Assembly (NCBI GenBank): GCA_020632415.1
Contig: JACKFO010000002.1
Location: 776,413-840,412 of the forward strand
Source: Candidatus Nomurabacteria bacterium
Lineage (GTDB): Bacteria > Patescibacteriota > Patescibacteriia > UBA1558 > GWA2-36-10
Length of the DNA stretch: 64,000 bases
Reading direction: 5' to 3'
The notes below the pieces were generated by a model, which was not told the origin of the DNA, made no database searches, and was given only the letters and a program-made list of their open reading frames with translations. Made by a program: the position numbers and the translations under genes. Of the stretch, positions 38,245 through 48,317 are shown piece by piece (position 1 is the first letter of the stretch; each line of letters opens with the position of its first letter).

Positions 38245-41200
38245 TTACAGACTATTTAGTGCTGCCCTAGTTTGTGGGCCAACATAACCTAGGGGAGAGA
38301 TTTTGTTGGCTTTTTGAAAAGCTTTAACCGCAGTTGCAGTAACTGGACCATAATAACCAGTGATACTTGGGTAAGTAAAATATCCTAGAGACTTTAGCTT
38401 AGTTTGTAAAGCTCGGACTTCTTCGCTAATGCTACCCAGACTTAAGAAATTTTTAAAAGTATAATTATTTGTATTTTGCGTCTGTTTTATATCTTGACCA
38501 GTCACATAAGTTTCACTATCAGGAATAATCTCGACATCTTGCCACCGATACCCCAAAGCAACAAAAGCCTCGCCATCGACAATCCATTGTTTTTGATTAT
38601 TTTTTAGAAGATAAACTTTAGGGTTGTTAGCGTATTTGATTAGTCTTTCGCTAGAAGCGTGATCAGTATTGTCTAATAAACTAGTCATTGTTATTTCTGC
38701 GCGATTGACATAAAGGTCTTCAAATTTAAGATTAACATCTTCAATACCATCTTGGTCTAGGTCAATGTTTTTACTTTCTTCCAAGCGAAGAGTAATGATT
38801 TGTCGTTGTGAGTTTAATTCAATAGTAATCAAATTGTGCAATAAATCAAGATCTATGATTTTAAATTTATGTTCTTGAGAGATTGGTCGATTATGATTAC
38901 TGATTTGTATTGCGAAATCTGCTGAAGAGTCAATATAACCCATGACGTTAGTCCCTCCAGAATCAATGTTGCCAAGGTTGGTATTTTGCCCCATATTAAT
39001 ATTGAGACTATTTTTGCCAATGCCAGTTGGGCCAGGAGAGACAACGCCACCTCCACCTCCATTTACATTTGAAGTGCAATCTCCAGTAGCAATAGTGACT
39101 GAATTCGCCCAAGCAGTTTCTGCGCTGTCACCATTGCGAGCTTTCACCCTAAAAGTATAACTAGTGCTACATGTTAAGCCTGTAAATTCTTTAGCGGTAT
39201 CTGTAACCCAACCAGAATTTGTGCTAGAAGTAATATTTTCTACATAATATTCTGTGCCGCTTGGGTTACTATTAGCGTCCCAAGAAGGAGTAATTGAAGT
39301 ATTTGTCTGACTACCGCTAGTTAGGTTAGCTGGAACATTAGCCAAAGTATATACTGTATCAGAAGTAGCTGAAGCAGAGCTTTCTCCTCTGGTATTATGG
39401 TAAGCATTAACACTAATGCTATAAGCAGTGTTTGGCGTTAAGCCAGTTGCTTGATAAGATTCACTATCCGCGTCTAAATCATCGATATCTGTGCCTTCAG
39501 CACTTTCGTAATCAATACGATAAGAATCTTCAAAATTAGCATTATCAGTCCAAGCCCAAGTAATAGCAGTAGAGGAATCAACTGTTGGTGTGCCAATCGT
39601 TGGCGCACCTGGAGTAGTGTCGATGGAAGCAGCGGCTTCGGAACCACTGGAGTTGCCAGCGGTATTTTGAGCAATTACTTTGTATTGATATCTTTCATTA
39701 GCAGCTGGTGGATTAGCAGCGTTATTAGCAGCATTATCTACAAAACTCGTTGCATCAGCTACTGCTGTGCCGATTTGAGCGTAAGCACTCCAGCCGGATC
39801 CAGTATCATCACGTCTTTGAATAATAAAGCCATCTTCATCAGCAGAATTATCTGTCCAAGTGACAGTGATCTGGATATCTGAATTGTACGTAGCAGTTAC
39901 TGAGCTAGCGTCAGCTGGCGTGTTGTTGATATTTATTTGCGGGTAATTAGTGTAAGTATCCAAAACAGTGCCATCGGATTCTGTCATGCGAAAACAATAA
40001 TTTGTTTGGTTGCTAAAATTATGTCCTTGCAAAACCCAATCCCATTCGGCGTCTTCGCCAACGGCAATGATGTTTGGATTAGCAACAGAATTATTTTCTT
40101 CTTCATAAGTGCCACCAACATCAGAGCCAGATAAAACAAGAGAGCTAATAGTAGCGTTATCAGCTACCGAAGCATTGTCATATCCTCGCCAAGGAGCAGT
40201 AGTAGAGGCCATTGCTCCAATATCTTGCCAATTGCTGACAGCAGAACAATCGCCGCCAGTACCGAACTGTAGTTTAAAAGTTTTACTTGCAGCGTCTAAT
40301 TGAGAGCCGCCAACTTGGACAGACATTCTTAAGCGCACAATATCTTCATCGCTTAATGTATCAACAGTGGTGATATTTGTATTTTCAGCTGCATAGGCTG
40401 TTGTGGGAGTGATGGCGTCAATATTTTCATACCAACGAAAAGAATTTTGTGTTAGCGTAGTTGGCACAATCCAACTCACAGTTCCCACAATTGCTTTGGC
40501 ATAGTTAGAATGAGTAACGTCTTTGTAGCCAATTAAAAAGTTGTTAGCATCAAGTACAGTAACAGAAGGGTATTGAATGTTGCCAGTATCAAAAGCAACA
40601 GCAGAATCAAGTAAAGTAATTTCATTGCCACTAATTGTTGCTATATTAGCATTAGCGATATTACTACTATTAGTCCAGACTAAGATCGCATGACTATCAT
40701 CAATAGCATCAACAGTATTGAAAGTAGAACCAGCAGCAGAAACCACTGCCTTGGTGCCAAAAGTTAAAGTTGAAGCGCCATCATAAGAACCTACTATTGC
40801 ATTGGAGATGCTAGAATTATCACCATCATTATAGACGACAATAAACTTACTACTATCTAAAGCAGCGGCATCCATATAGCCATAAGCTCGGCCACTTTCA
40901 AAAGTAGTTTCAGAAGTTGCCCAACTGATTGTTGTGCCAGAAACAGAGCCGACAATAGCATTGCCATTGTTAGTATCTCCAGTGTCTCTAAAAGTTACGA
41001 CAAAGTGAGCGCTATCTAAAACAGCTAAACCAATAGCATAAGTACCGCCAGAGTTAAAAGTGGCTTCTGTGCCCCAAGTGATTGTAGATGCTCCAACTGT
41101 ACCTACTCTAACTTTACCAACATTACCATTAGTGTTGTCAGCGTAGGCATAAACAACATGAGTAGAATCCAAAGTTTTCATTTTAATATATCTTGGCAAA

Positions 41201-41670
41201 ACAGAATTCATATTTTGGTCACCGGCCCAAGTGGTAGGATTAGCAGAAGTATTACCAATGTCTGTTACGGTATTTGGACCAATGGTTGAATTAAAACCAG
41301 CAACAACTTTGTTAGTAGACAGATATTCAATCTGTGCTTCGTCATTAGTAGAGGCCACAGTACTTCTAGAATTAGCGGTAATTGTAGAGCCATCGATACT
41401 TAAGACTTTGCTATATTTTTCATACATCATGATAGCATGAGTAGTGTCTATGGTATCTGTATCAACGTAGGAGATGTTTAGGGTGTCTACTTGAAATTCG
41501 CTGCCAAAGTTGGGGAAAGACAAAGTGTCGACATCAGCAGCTTTGACCCGAGTGTTTAAACTAAAAAAAACAATCATCAAGATTGTAAAAAAAGCAAAAA
41601 ATTTTATTTTTTCAGGATTTTTGTTTAAAAACATTTTTATATCAATAAGGAGTATTTTTGTATTCTTCAT
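38245..41670 (-). CDS. Giant secreted surface protein: signal/anchor, long Thr/Ser/Asn-rich beta region, three fibronectin type III domains, Gly-rich linker, one copy of the C-terminal repeat module shared with the 15690-19034 protein, and a C-terminal peptidoglycan-binding (PGBD-like) domain
   Basis: N-terminal hydrophobic segment; FN3-like W/Y/T periodicity (TVTWTDNSADEDGFII, YRIDYES, TEYYVENI); GGGGG run; C-terminal LQTKLKSLGYFTYPSITGYYGPVTATAVKAFQKANKISPLGYVGPQTRAAL matches the PG_binding_1 consensus. Confidence 0.75.
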   Translation of the reverse strand: MKNTKILLIDIKMFLNKNPEKIKFFAFFTILMIVFFSLNTRVKAADVDTLSFPNFGSEFQVDTLNISYVDTDTIDTTHAIMMYEKYSKVLSIDGSTITANSRSTVASTNDEAQIEYLSTNKVVAGFNSTIGPNTVTDIGNTSANPTTWAGDQNMNSVLPRYIKMKTLDSTHVVYAYADNTNGNVGKVRVGTVGASTITWGTEATFNSGGTYAIGLAVLDSAHFVVTFRDTGDTNNGNAIVGSVSGTTISWATSETTFESGRAYGYMDAAALDSSKFIVVYNDGDNSSISNAIVGSYDGASTLTFGTKAVVSAAGSTFNTVDAIDDSHAILVWTNSSNIANANIATISGNEITLLDSAVAFDTGNIQYPSVTVLDANNFLIGYKDVTHSNYAKAIVGTVSWIVPTTLTQNSFRWYENIDAITPTTAYAAENTNITTVDTLSDEDIVRLRMSVQVGGSQLDAASKTFKLQFGTGGDCSAVSNWQDIGAMASTTAPWRGYDNASVADNATISSLVLSGSDVGGTYEEENNSVANPNIIAVGEDAEWDWVLQGHNFSNQTNYCFRMTESDGTVLDTYTNYPQININNTPADASSVTATYNSDIQITVTWTDNSADEDGFIIQRRDDTGSGWSAYAQIGTAVADATSFVDNAANNAANPPAANERYQYKVIAQNTAGNSSGSEAAASIDTTPGAPTIGTPTVDSSTAITWAWTDNANFEDSYRIDYESAEGTDIDDLDADSESYQATGLTPNTAYSISVNAYHNTRGESSASATSDTVYTLANVPANLTSGSQTNTSITPSWDANSNPSGTEYYVENITSSTNSGWVTDTAKEFTGLTCSTSYTFRVKARNGDSAETAWANSVTIATGDCTSNVNGGGGGVVSPGPTGIGKNSLNINMGQNTNLGNIDSGGTNVMGYIDSSADFAIQISNHNRPISQEHKFKIIDLDLLHNLITIELNSQRQIITLRLEESKNIDLDQDGIEDVNLKFEDLYVNRAEITMTSLLDNTDHASSERLIKYANNPKVYLLKNNQKQWIVDGEAFVALGYRWQDVEIIPDSETYVTGQDIKQTQNTNNYTFKNFLSLGSISEEVRALQTKLKSLGYFTYPSITGYYGPVTATAVKAFQKANKISPLGYVGPQTRAALNSL

Positions 41671-41820
41671 TCTCTAATTAGTTTTATTTGACTACATTAT
41701 TATAACATGATTTCTTTTTTTCTAGTAATAGATTATGTTTTTTAGTCGTTTGCTTTATTTTTTGAAAAGTAGTAAGTTATTTTTGTTTTCTAAAGCATAA
41801 AAAACATTGAGGAGGAAGCA

Positions 41821-42090
41821 ATGTTGAAAGCTTTGCTCTTTATCAAAAAACACTGGCTAATAACTTTATTAGCTGTCTGGAGCTTGGTCTCCAAAATCAT
41901 CTTTGGGCATTTTTTTTGGGTCTTGTTCCTTTCTTGGCCAACCTGGGTCAAGTGGAGTGTGTTGGTTTGGTTGTTTGGAATTTTTTTGCTTTGCCTATTT
42001 ATGCATGGTTGCAAAACCGTCACCAAAAATTCATCAATCTCCAATTTCAATCAGGAGGACTTAACTCATGTGGGAACTCATCAGTGCTAA
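41821..42090 (+). CDS. Small two-TM membrane protein (89 aa), hypothetical
   Basis: GAGGAGG SD 6 nt upstream of the ATG; Trp/Leu-rich hydrophobic sequence. Confidence 0.4.
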   Translation: MLKALLFIKKHWLITLLAVWSLVSKIIFGHFFWVLFLSWPTWVKWSVLVWLFGIFLLCLFMHGCKTVTKNSSISNFNQEDLTHVGTHQC

Positions 42091-42217
42091 CTGGCAGATT
42101 GCTTCTGGCAGTCTTCTGATCATCATCCTGTTCATCTGGTACTCTGTGTGGAGAACCTCTGCTCCTGACCGTGAGCGACGAAAAAAGCATTTTGCCAAGA
42201 AGGCAAAGCATGGCTAG
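42068..42217 (+). CDS. Candidate 49-aa type-I-toxin-like peptide (MWELISANWQIASGSLLIIILFIWYSVWRTSAPDRERRKKHFAKKAKHG)
   Basis: AGGAGG SD 7 nt upstream; one TM helix followed by a strongly basic tail; GC-rich codons; followed by a strong terminator; absent from the ORF track (shorter than 60 aa). Confidence 0.3.
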   Translation: MWELISANWQIASGSLLIIILFIWYSVWRTSAPDRERRKKHFAKKAKHG

Positions 42218-42241
42218 TCGTCGCTACTCGAGCCTGATCAG

Positions 42242-42284
42242 GCCCCGTCAACTCCTCAGTGTGGAGCGGACGGGGCTTTTAATT
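42242..42284 (+). terminator. GC-rich intrinsic terminator closing islet C (gccccgtc...gacggggc plus T-run)
   Basis: 8-bp outer stem with a nested inner stem (ctcc/ggag), followed by TTTTAATTTT. Confidence 0.55.
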
Positions 42285-42384
42285 TTCTTGCTGATTTTAA
42301 AATTAAGAGCAGAGCTCTTTAGTTATTGACGCTTAGTGTTTTTCGTGTTATCCTTTACAGGATTTATTTATTTTTTACAAAACA

Positions 42385-45246
42385 ATGTCAAAAAATATCG
42401 TCATCAAAGGAGCGCGCGTTCATAATCTCAAAAATATCGATGTCAAAATTCCTCGTGATAAATTAGTGGTAATCACTGGACTTTCTGGCTCAGGAAAATC
42501 ATCACTTGCTTTTGATACTATCTACGCTGAAGGTCAGCGTCGTTATGTAGAATCACTGTCGGCATATGCTCGACAGTTTTTAGGTTTGATGGATAAACCA
42601 GACGTTGATCAAATCGAGGGTTTGAGCCCGGCTATTTCCATTGATCAAAAAACTTCTTCTCGAAATCCTCGCTCGACAGTGGGAACAGTGACAGAAGTGT
42701 ATGATTACTTGCGTTTGTTATATGCCAGAATTGGCAAACCGCATTGTCATCTTTGTGGCCAAGAAGTAGTCAAACAATCTTTGCAACAAATTGCTGAAAA
42801 AGTTTGGGGCTTACCAGCGGAAACTGATTTTGTGATTTTATCCGCAGTGATTAGAGATAAAAAAGGGGAACACAAAAAAGTTCTCGAGCACATGCAGCGA
42901 GCTGGTTATCGTCGCTTGCGTTTGGACGGTGAGTTAATGACTTTTGAAGATGCGCAAATTGTTGTTTTAGATAAACAAAAAAAACACACAATTGAAGTCG
43001 TGATTGATCGTTTACGAAAAGATGGCTCCAAAGAAACTAAATCTCGTTTATTGCAATCATTAGAAACAGCTTTAGATTTAGGAAATGGTTTTATTACAAT
43101 CAATATCCCTAAGACAGAAGAAAATTTATTTTTCAGCGAACATTTTACTTGTCCGGTGCATAGTGAAGTCAGTTTTCCAGAAATTGAAGCACGTAATTTC
43201 TCTTTTAATAGTCCGCACGGAGCTTGTCCTGATTGTACTGGTTTGGGTAATAAATTAATCGTTGATCCAGAATTGGTTATTCCAAATAAAAAACTATCTT
43301 TATCCGAAGGAGCAATTCGTCCTTGGTCAAGAACCGCTGCTAATCAGACTTGGTATTTTAGAATTTTAGAAGCAGTAGCTAAAAAGAATAAATTTTCAGT
43401 TAATGATCCAGTAGAAAAATTAACTCAAAAACAACTGGACATTATTTTTTATGGCACCGGTGATGAGCGCTACCAAATGGAAATGTCGGGAGATAAATTT
43501 AGTGGCGATTATAATACAAGTTTTGAAGGGGTAATTCCAAATCTGCAACGTCGTTATCGAGAGACTGACTCGGATTATATTCGTAGTGAAATTGAGCGCT
43601 ACATGCGGATCACTCCTTGTGAGACTTGCCAGGGAAAAAGATTAAAAAAAGAAGTTTTAAGCATCACTGTCGGCGAGCAAAATATTTCCGAAGTTGCCGG
43701 TTTAAACATTGTTGAAAGTAAGAAATTTTTTGTTGATTTAGAAAAGAAGTTGTCCGAACGAGAGTTGACGATCGTCAAGCAAGTTTTAAAAGAAATCAAA
43801 GAACGTTTAACTTTTTTAAATAACGTTGGTTTAAGCTATTTGACTTTAGACAGGTCAGCTAATACTTTGTCTGGCGGCGAAGCACAACGTATTCGTTTGG
43901 CTACGCAGATTGGCTCTTCTTTAATGGGTGTTTTGTATATCTTAGATGAGCCTTCGATTGGTTTACACCAAAAAGACAATGCAAAATTAATCGAAACTTT
44001 ACAAAATTTAAGAGATTTAGGAAACACAGTAATTGTCGTTGAACATGATGAAGAAACTATTTTGGCCGCTGACCATGTGATAGACATCGGACCGGGAGCA
44101 GGAAAGCATGGCGGAGAAGTGATTGCTGAAGGTACGCCACAATCAATTAAGAAAAATAAAAAGTCTATTACCGGGAAATATCTTTCTGGTACCTTGTCTA
44201 TTTCTAGTCCAAAAAAATATCGTCCTGGTAATGGTAAGACTTTGTCGATTATTGGGGCCTCGGCTTTTAATCTCAAAGAGATTGACGTTCATTTTCCTTT
44301 GGGTAAATTTATCAGCATCACTGGAGTTTCTGGATCTGGTAAGTCTACCTTGATGACAGAAATTTTAGCCAAAGCCTTGAAGCAACATTTTTATCGAGCC
44401 AAAGACAATCCTGCGCAACATAAAATGATCAAAGGTTTAGAGTATATTGATAAAGTAATTGATATTGATCAGTCGCCAATTGGTCGTACGCCTCGTTCTA
44501 ATCCTGCAACCTACACCGGAGTTTTCACTTATATTCGTGATTTATTTGCCGAATTGCCAGAAGCAAAAATCCGTGGTTATCGAGCTGGTCGCTTTAGTTT
44601 CAATGTTAAAGGTGGACGTTGTGAAGCTTGCCAAGGCGATGGTACGGTTAAGATTGAGATGAATTTTTTGCCAAATGTTTATGTGGAGTGTGAAGAATGT
44701 CATGGTAAACGCTACAATAATGAGGCCTTAGAAATTCACTACAAAGGCAAGGACATTGCCGAGGTTTTGCAGATGACCGTCGAAGAAGCGATGCACTTTT
44801 TTGCTAATATCCCAAATATTTATAATAAATTGAAAACTTTGTATGACGTTGGCTTGGGCTATATTCAGCTTGGTCAATCAGCAACAACACTTTCTGGTGG
44901 AGAAGCACAACGTATCAAATTAGCAACTGAGCTTGCTCGCAGGGCTTCTGGTAAGACCTTGTATATTTTGGATGAGCCGACAACTGGTTTGCATTTTGAT
45001 GATGTCAAAAGATTATTAGAAGTTTTACATCGCCTAGTAGATAAAGGAAACACGGTTTTAGTCATTGAACATAATCTTGATGTGATCAAGAGTTCTGACT
45101 GGGTGATTGATCTCGGTCCAGAAGGTGGAGACAAGGGTGGAAATTTAGTTGCTGTGGGCACACCAAAAGATGTCGCAAAAATTAAAACTAGTTTCACTGG
45201 GCAATATTTAGCCAAGATGTTTGCTGATCATAAAACTAAAAAATAA
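42385..45246 (+). CDS. uvrA: Excinuclease ABC subunit A
   Basis: Two ABC ATPase modules ([21 protein letters not shown]), ABC signatures LSGGEAQRI twice, zinc-finger Cys clusters. Confidence 0.95.
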   Translation: MSKNIVIKGARVHNLKNIDVKIPRDKLVVITGLSGSGKSSLAFDTIYAEGQRRYVESLSAYARQFLGLMDKPDVDQIEGLSPAISIDQKTSSRNPRSTVGTVTEVYDYLRLLYARIGKPHCHLCGQEVVKQSLQQIAEKVWGLPAETDFVILSAVIRDKKGEHKKVLEHMQRAGYRRLRLDGELMTFEDAQIVVLDKQKKHTIEVVIDRLRKDGSKETKSRLLQSLETALDLGNGFITINIPKTEENLFFSEHFTCPVHSEVSFPEIEARNFSFNSPHGACPDCTGLGNKLIVDPELVIPNKKLSLSEGAIRPWSRTAANQTWYFRILEAVAKKNKFSVNDPVEKLTQKQLDIIFYGTGDERYQMEMSGDKFSGDYNTSFEGVIPNLQRRYRETDSDYIRSEIERYMRITPCETCQGKRLKKEVLSITVGEQNISEVAGLNIVESKKFFVDLEKKLSERELTIVKQVLKEIKERLTFLNNVGLSYLTLDRSANTLSGGEAQRIRLATQIGSSLMGVLYILDEPSIGLHQKDNAKLIETLQNLRDLGNTVIVVEHDEETILAADHVIDIGPGAGKHGGEVIAEGTPQSIKKNKKSITGKYLSGTLSISSPKKYRPGNGKTLSIIGASAFNLKEIDVHFPLGKFISITGVSGSGKSTLMTEILAKALKQHFYRAKDNPAQHKMIKGLEYIDKVIDIDQSPIGRTPRSNPATYTGVFTYIRDLFAELPEAKIRGYRAGRFSFNVKGGRCEACQGDGTVKIEMNFLPNVYVECEECHGKRYNNEALEIHYKGKDIAEVLQMTVEEAMHFFANIPNIYNKLKTLYDVGLGYIQLGQSATTLSGGEAQRIKLATELARRASGKTLYILDEPTTGLHFDDVKRLLEVLHRLVDKGNTVLVIEHNLDVIKSSDWVIDLGPEGGDKGGNLVAVGTPKDVAKIKTSFTGQYLAKMFADHKTKK

Positions 45247-45250
45247 AAAA

Positions 45251-45278
45251 TTCCTCTCAAGATTTGAGAGGTTTTTTG
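45251..45278 (+). terminator. Intrinsic terminator after uvrA (cctctcaa-gat-ttgagagg plus T6)
   Basis: 8-bp stem, 3-nt loop, T-run. Confidence 0.55.
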
Positions 45279-45279
45279 T

Positions 45280-45308
45280 TTGACAGTTAATTTTTGCTGT
45301 ACTAGTAT
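45280..45308 (+). promoter_or_regulatory. Consensus sigma70 promoter TTGACA-17-TAGTAT for the islet D gene
   Basis: -35 TTGACA at 45280-45285, 17-nt spacer, -10 TAGTAT at 45303-45308; the ORF-track start at 45280 is TTG of the -35 box. Confidence 0.5.
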
Positions 45309-45357
45309 GCTAGAGGTATTTTGTAAATTCAAAAGTCAATTCAACAGGAGCGAACCA

Positions 45358-45966
45358 ATGTCCAGTCTACCCGTTCTTCATATTGGACATGTCAATTTGT
45401 TGAGTGCTTCATTGCTGGCGGTTTCAATTGAGGACTTCAACGAATTTGGGTGTCCCAATTGTGGCTACCACTATGCAGAAACCGGCAATTGGTGTGGACT
45501 TGGTGTTTTTGTTAACCGTTGTCCGGAATGTGACAAGGTGTTCATGGTTTCAGATGGCTCACTGCTAGGAGGAGCTAAGCTAGGCGAGCATCCGAGAAAG
45601 GGTGTGCCGAAGCACGGCAATCTAGATCGCCGTCCTTTAAATGGAGAATATCTGCACGTTTTTGAAATTCAAGACATTTGGCCTGCGCAGCTGACCTTTT
45701 TTTGTGAATTTTGCGAAGCTTGTATTTTTTGCGGAGGAACCCATCTTGTTGACCATCGCCTTTTTGGCTCGGTACATTGTCAGGCAGCGGCCAGAAGGAT
45801 TATGCTGATGTTCAAGACTGGCGTTACTTTGCTATTCAGGGATTCCAATCCTGATAAGGTGATGGTAGTTTTTTCATCTTGTGACAGGCATCGAGATAGA
45901 CTTCAGAAATTGCGAGAATCGATTGCTGACAATGGAAATGTAATCCTCGAAGAAATGACTAAATGA
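45358..45966 (+). CDS. Cysteine-rich protein (about 202 aa) with zinc-ribbon-like CPNCG...CPECD and CEFCEACIFCGG clusters; GC-rich foreign-looking gene
   Basis: AGGAG SD upstream of the ATG at 45358; 14 Cys; codon usage dominated by GC-ending codons unlike neighbouring genes; followed by a strong terminator. Confidence 0.5.
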   Translation: MSSLPVLHIGHVNLLSASLLAVSIEDFNEFGCPNCGYHYAETGNWCGLGVFVNRCPECDKVFMVSDGSLLGGAKLGEHPRKGVPKHGNLDRRPLNGEYLHVFEIQDIWPAQLTFFCEFCEACIFCGGTHLVDHRLFGSVHCQAAARRIMLMFKTGVTLLFRDSNPDKVMVVFSSCDRHRDRLQKLRESIADNGNVILEEMTK

Positions 45967-46002
45967 TCTTGGTGATAAGGCGCTTGTCTATTGCCGTTGA
46001 TT

Positions 46003-46050
46003 TGCCCCCTCCGATTCAGCGGACGGGGGCTTTCTTTTATCTGGTTTTTT
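46003..46050 (+). terminator. GC-rich terminator closing islet D (gccccctccg...cggacgggggc plus T-rich tract)
   Basis: Imperfect 10-bp GC stem followed by TTTCTTTT...TTTTTT. Confidence 0.5.
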
Positions 46051-46068
46051 GTTTAAGATATAGATATT

Positions 46069-47028
46069 ATGCGACAAGTGATCGAACAATCTATTTTAAA
46101 AACAATCGCTTTTTTTGATGTTTTTAATTATCCTTTGACTGCGGAAGAGATTTGGAAGTGGCTTTATCGCCCCGGCAGAGAAGTTTCACTTTCAGAGATT
46201 AAAGACATTTTAGAGGAGAGTCCTGTCTTGCAAGAAAAGCTTGTTCGCACAGAAGCTTTTTGGTCCTTAAAAGGGCGAGAGTATACTCATATTATTCGTA
46301 AGCATCATAATAATTTAGCTGAACGTAAATTTAATCGAGCAATTCGCTTGGTTAAGTTTTATAAATTTTTGCCATTTATTAAAATGATTGCTATTTGCAA
46401 TACTTTGGCTTATAGCAATACTAACGAGGAAAGTGATATTGATTTTTTTGTAGTTGCTCAAAAGGGTAAAATTTGGTTGGTCAGACTTCTGAGCATTTTA
46501 GTGATTCATATTCTTGGTTTACGTCCGACCAAAAAATCTAGTCGCGATGCTTTTTGTTTTAGTTTTTTTATTACCGATGATTTTTTGGATATTCAAAATA
46601 CGATGATGCAGCGAGATGACATTTATTTGCCTTATTGGATCATGCAAATGTTGCCAGTGTATAATCGACAAAATACTTATCAAAAATTTATTGATAGTAA
46701 TTCATGGGCCAAAAAACATTTGCCCAATGCCTATCCAAATCAATTTGCCAAAGAAGTGAAAGCTTCTTGGTTTTCTAAATTAGTTTCTCAAATTTTAGCT
46801 TTACTTTTTTCACCACCATTTTTTGGCCGAGCTTTTGAATTAGTTTATCGTCGGATTCAAGCTAGAATCATCGGAGAGAATTTGAAAGAAATGATCAATG
46901 TCGATACTAGAGTGATTGTTAATGAGCACATGTTAAAATTTCACTCCAATGATCGTCGAGAATTATATTATAAGAAATGGCGAGATCGAATGAGTGATTT
47001 AATAGAAAAAGAAAATGAAAATGTCTAA
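46069..47028 (+). CDS. Hypothetical protein (319 aa), possibly membrane-associated; translationally coupled to the downstream O-antigen-ligase-like gene
   Basis: ORF with hydrophobic central segment; no recognised catalytic motif; 14-nt overlap with the next gene. Confidence 0.45.
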   Translation: MRQVIEQSILKTIAFFDVFNYPLTAEEIWKWLYRPGREVSLSEIKDILEESPVLQEKLVRTEAFWSLKGREYTHIIRKHHNNLAERKFNRAIRLVKFYKFLPFIKMIAICNTLAYSNTNEESDIDFFVVAQKGKIWLVRLLSILVIHILGLRPTKKSSRDAFCFSFFITDDFLDIQNTMMQRDDIYLPYWIMQMLPVYNRQNTYQKFIDSNSWAKKHLPNAYPNQFAKEVKASWFSKLVSQILALLFSPPFFGRAFELVYRRIQARIIGENLKEMINVDTRVIVNEHMLKFHSNDRRELYYKKWRDRMSDLIEKENENV

Positions 47029-48295
47029 ATTTTATAAAATTTTATTTTTTTTGCTGATTCTTATTTTGCCATTTCAAACTCGTTGGATTTTTTTTGATCA
47101 TTTATTAAATCAACAAGTTTGGGAGTATGGTCGTTTAAGCTTGTATTTAAGCATGCTTTTTTTATTTTTGTTAAGTAGCTTTTATTTTAAAGATTTTGTT
47201 AGCAAATTTAAAAAGAATTTTTGGAAAAATAAGAAGCTAGTTAGTTTTCTTTTGTTACTAATTTATCTTTTGTTCATCAGTATTTTTTCTCCACTGCCAG
47301 ATGTCTCTTTTTATTTAATATCTTTTTTGCTTGGTGCTGCTTTATTTTGGCAAGTCTTGCAAAGAACAGAAAAAAAATTAATTTATACTAGTCTGATTTT
47401 TAGTGGAGTTGTCCAAAGCGTCTTGGCCATTTTACAAACTTTGCAGCAAACAGTTTTTGCTAATAAATTTTTAGGAATCGCCGAACATCTACCAGAAACT
47501 TTGGGTACTTCTGTTGTGGAATTTGGTTTAGATCGAATTTTGCGTGCTTACGGCTCTTTTCCGCATCCAAATATTTTAGGTGGATTTTTAGTGCTTAGTG
47601 TTTTGGCTGGAATTTGGTGGTGGATTTTTATTTATCATCAAGCCAAAGAAGTTTCTTGGCGCGGTCCAAAAATGAAATTTTTGTTGTTAAAATTATTACT
47701 AGTTTTGGTTTCTTTATTATTGATAATTTTTGCCTTACTTTTGACTTTTTCTCGTAGTGCGATTCTAGCCTTAGTTTTAGCTTTAGTTTTTATTTTAATT
47801 AAAGCTTGGCGACAAAAACAAAGACTCAAGTTTCAAGTAGCTGCCAAAGCAATTATTTTGTTTTTGATTTTAGTTTGGCAAGTTTCTATTTTATTTCCAG
47901 GAGTTTGGACGGCACGATTTTTAGGCACTGAACGCTTGGAGCAAAAATCAATCAACGAAAGAATTAGCAGCGTTTCACAAATCGATTGGCGCAATTATTC
48001 AGAGTTATTTTTTGGGCAAGGCCTGGGTTTGAACACTTATCGTTATTTAAATTCTGAACAAGCACCTTATGAAGTTCAGCCAATTCATAATTTTTTTCTT
48101 TTGGTTTTAGCAGAGATTGGCGTGCTTGGGTTTTTATTATTATTTAATTTAGCTTGGCAATTGTTAGATCGAAATTATTTAAATTTGTTTAATCCTTGGA
48201 TTTTAGCTTTGTTAGTTTTAGCTTTTTTTGATCATTATCTGTGGACGAGCTGGAGTGGCTGGCTAATGCTTAGTTTATTTTTAACTAAAAAATAA
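47015..48295 (+). CDS. O-antigen ligase / Wzy_C-family polytopic membrane protein
   Basis: About 10 TM helices with a large loop between late helices; general resemblance to WaaL/O-antigen polymerase family topology. Confidence 0.45.
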   Translation: MKMSKFYKILFFLLILILPFQTRWIFFDHLLNQQVWEYGRLSLYLSMLFLFLLSSFYFKDFVSKFKKNFWKNKKLVSFLLLLIYLLFISIFSPLPDVSFYLISFLLGAALFWQVLQRTEKKLIYTSLIFSGVVQSVLAILQTLQQTVFANKFLGIAEHLPETLGTSVVEFGLDRILRAYGSFPHPNILGGFLVLSVLAGIWWWIFIYHQAKEVSWRGPKMKFLLLKLLLVLVSLLLIIFALLLTFSRSAILALVLALVFILIKAWRQKQRLKFQVAAKAIILFLILVWQVSILFPGVWTARFLGTERLEQKSINERISSVSQIDWRNYSELFFGQGLGLNTYRYLNSEQAPYEVQPIHNFFLLVLAEIGVLGFLLLFNLAWQLLDRNYLNLFNPWILALLVLAFFDHYLWTSWSGWLMLSLFLTKK

Positions 48296-48317
48296 ATTTA
48301 TTATTAAAATAAAAATC

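Noticed and set aside
43836-45215. Minus-strand ORFs (146 aa, 113 aa) within uvrA
   Set aside because: Antisense to conserved uvrA ABC domains.
45280-45357. Upstream extension of the islet D ORF (MTVNFCCTSMLEVFCKFKSQFNRSEP)
   Set aside because: Its 'start' is the TTG of a consensus -35 box; the in-frame ATG at 45307 lies within the -10 box (45303-45308), i.e. upstream of the likely transcription start; the SD-preceded ATG at 45358 is the credible start.
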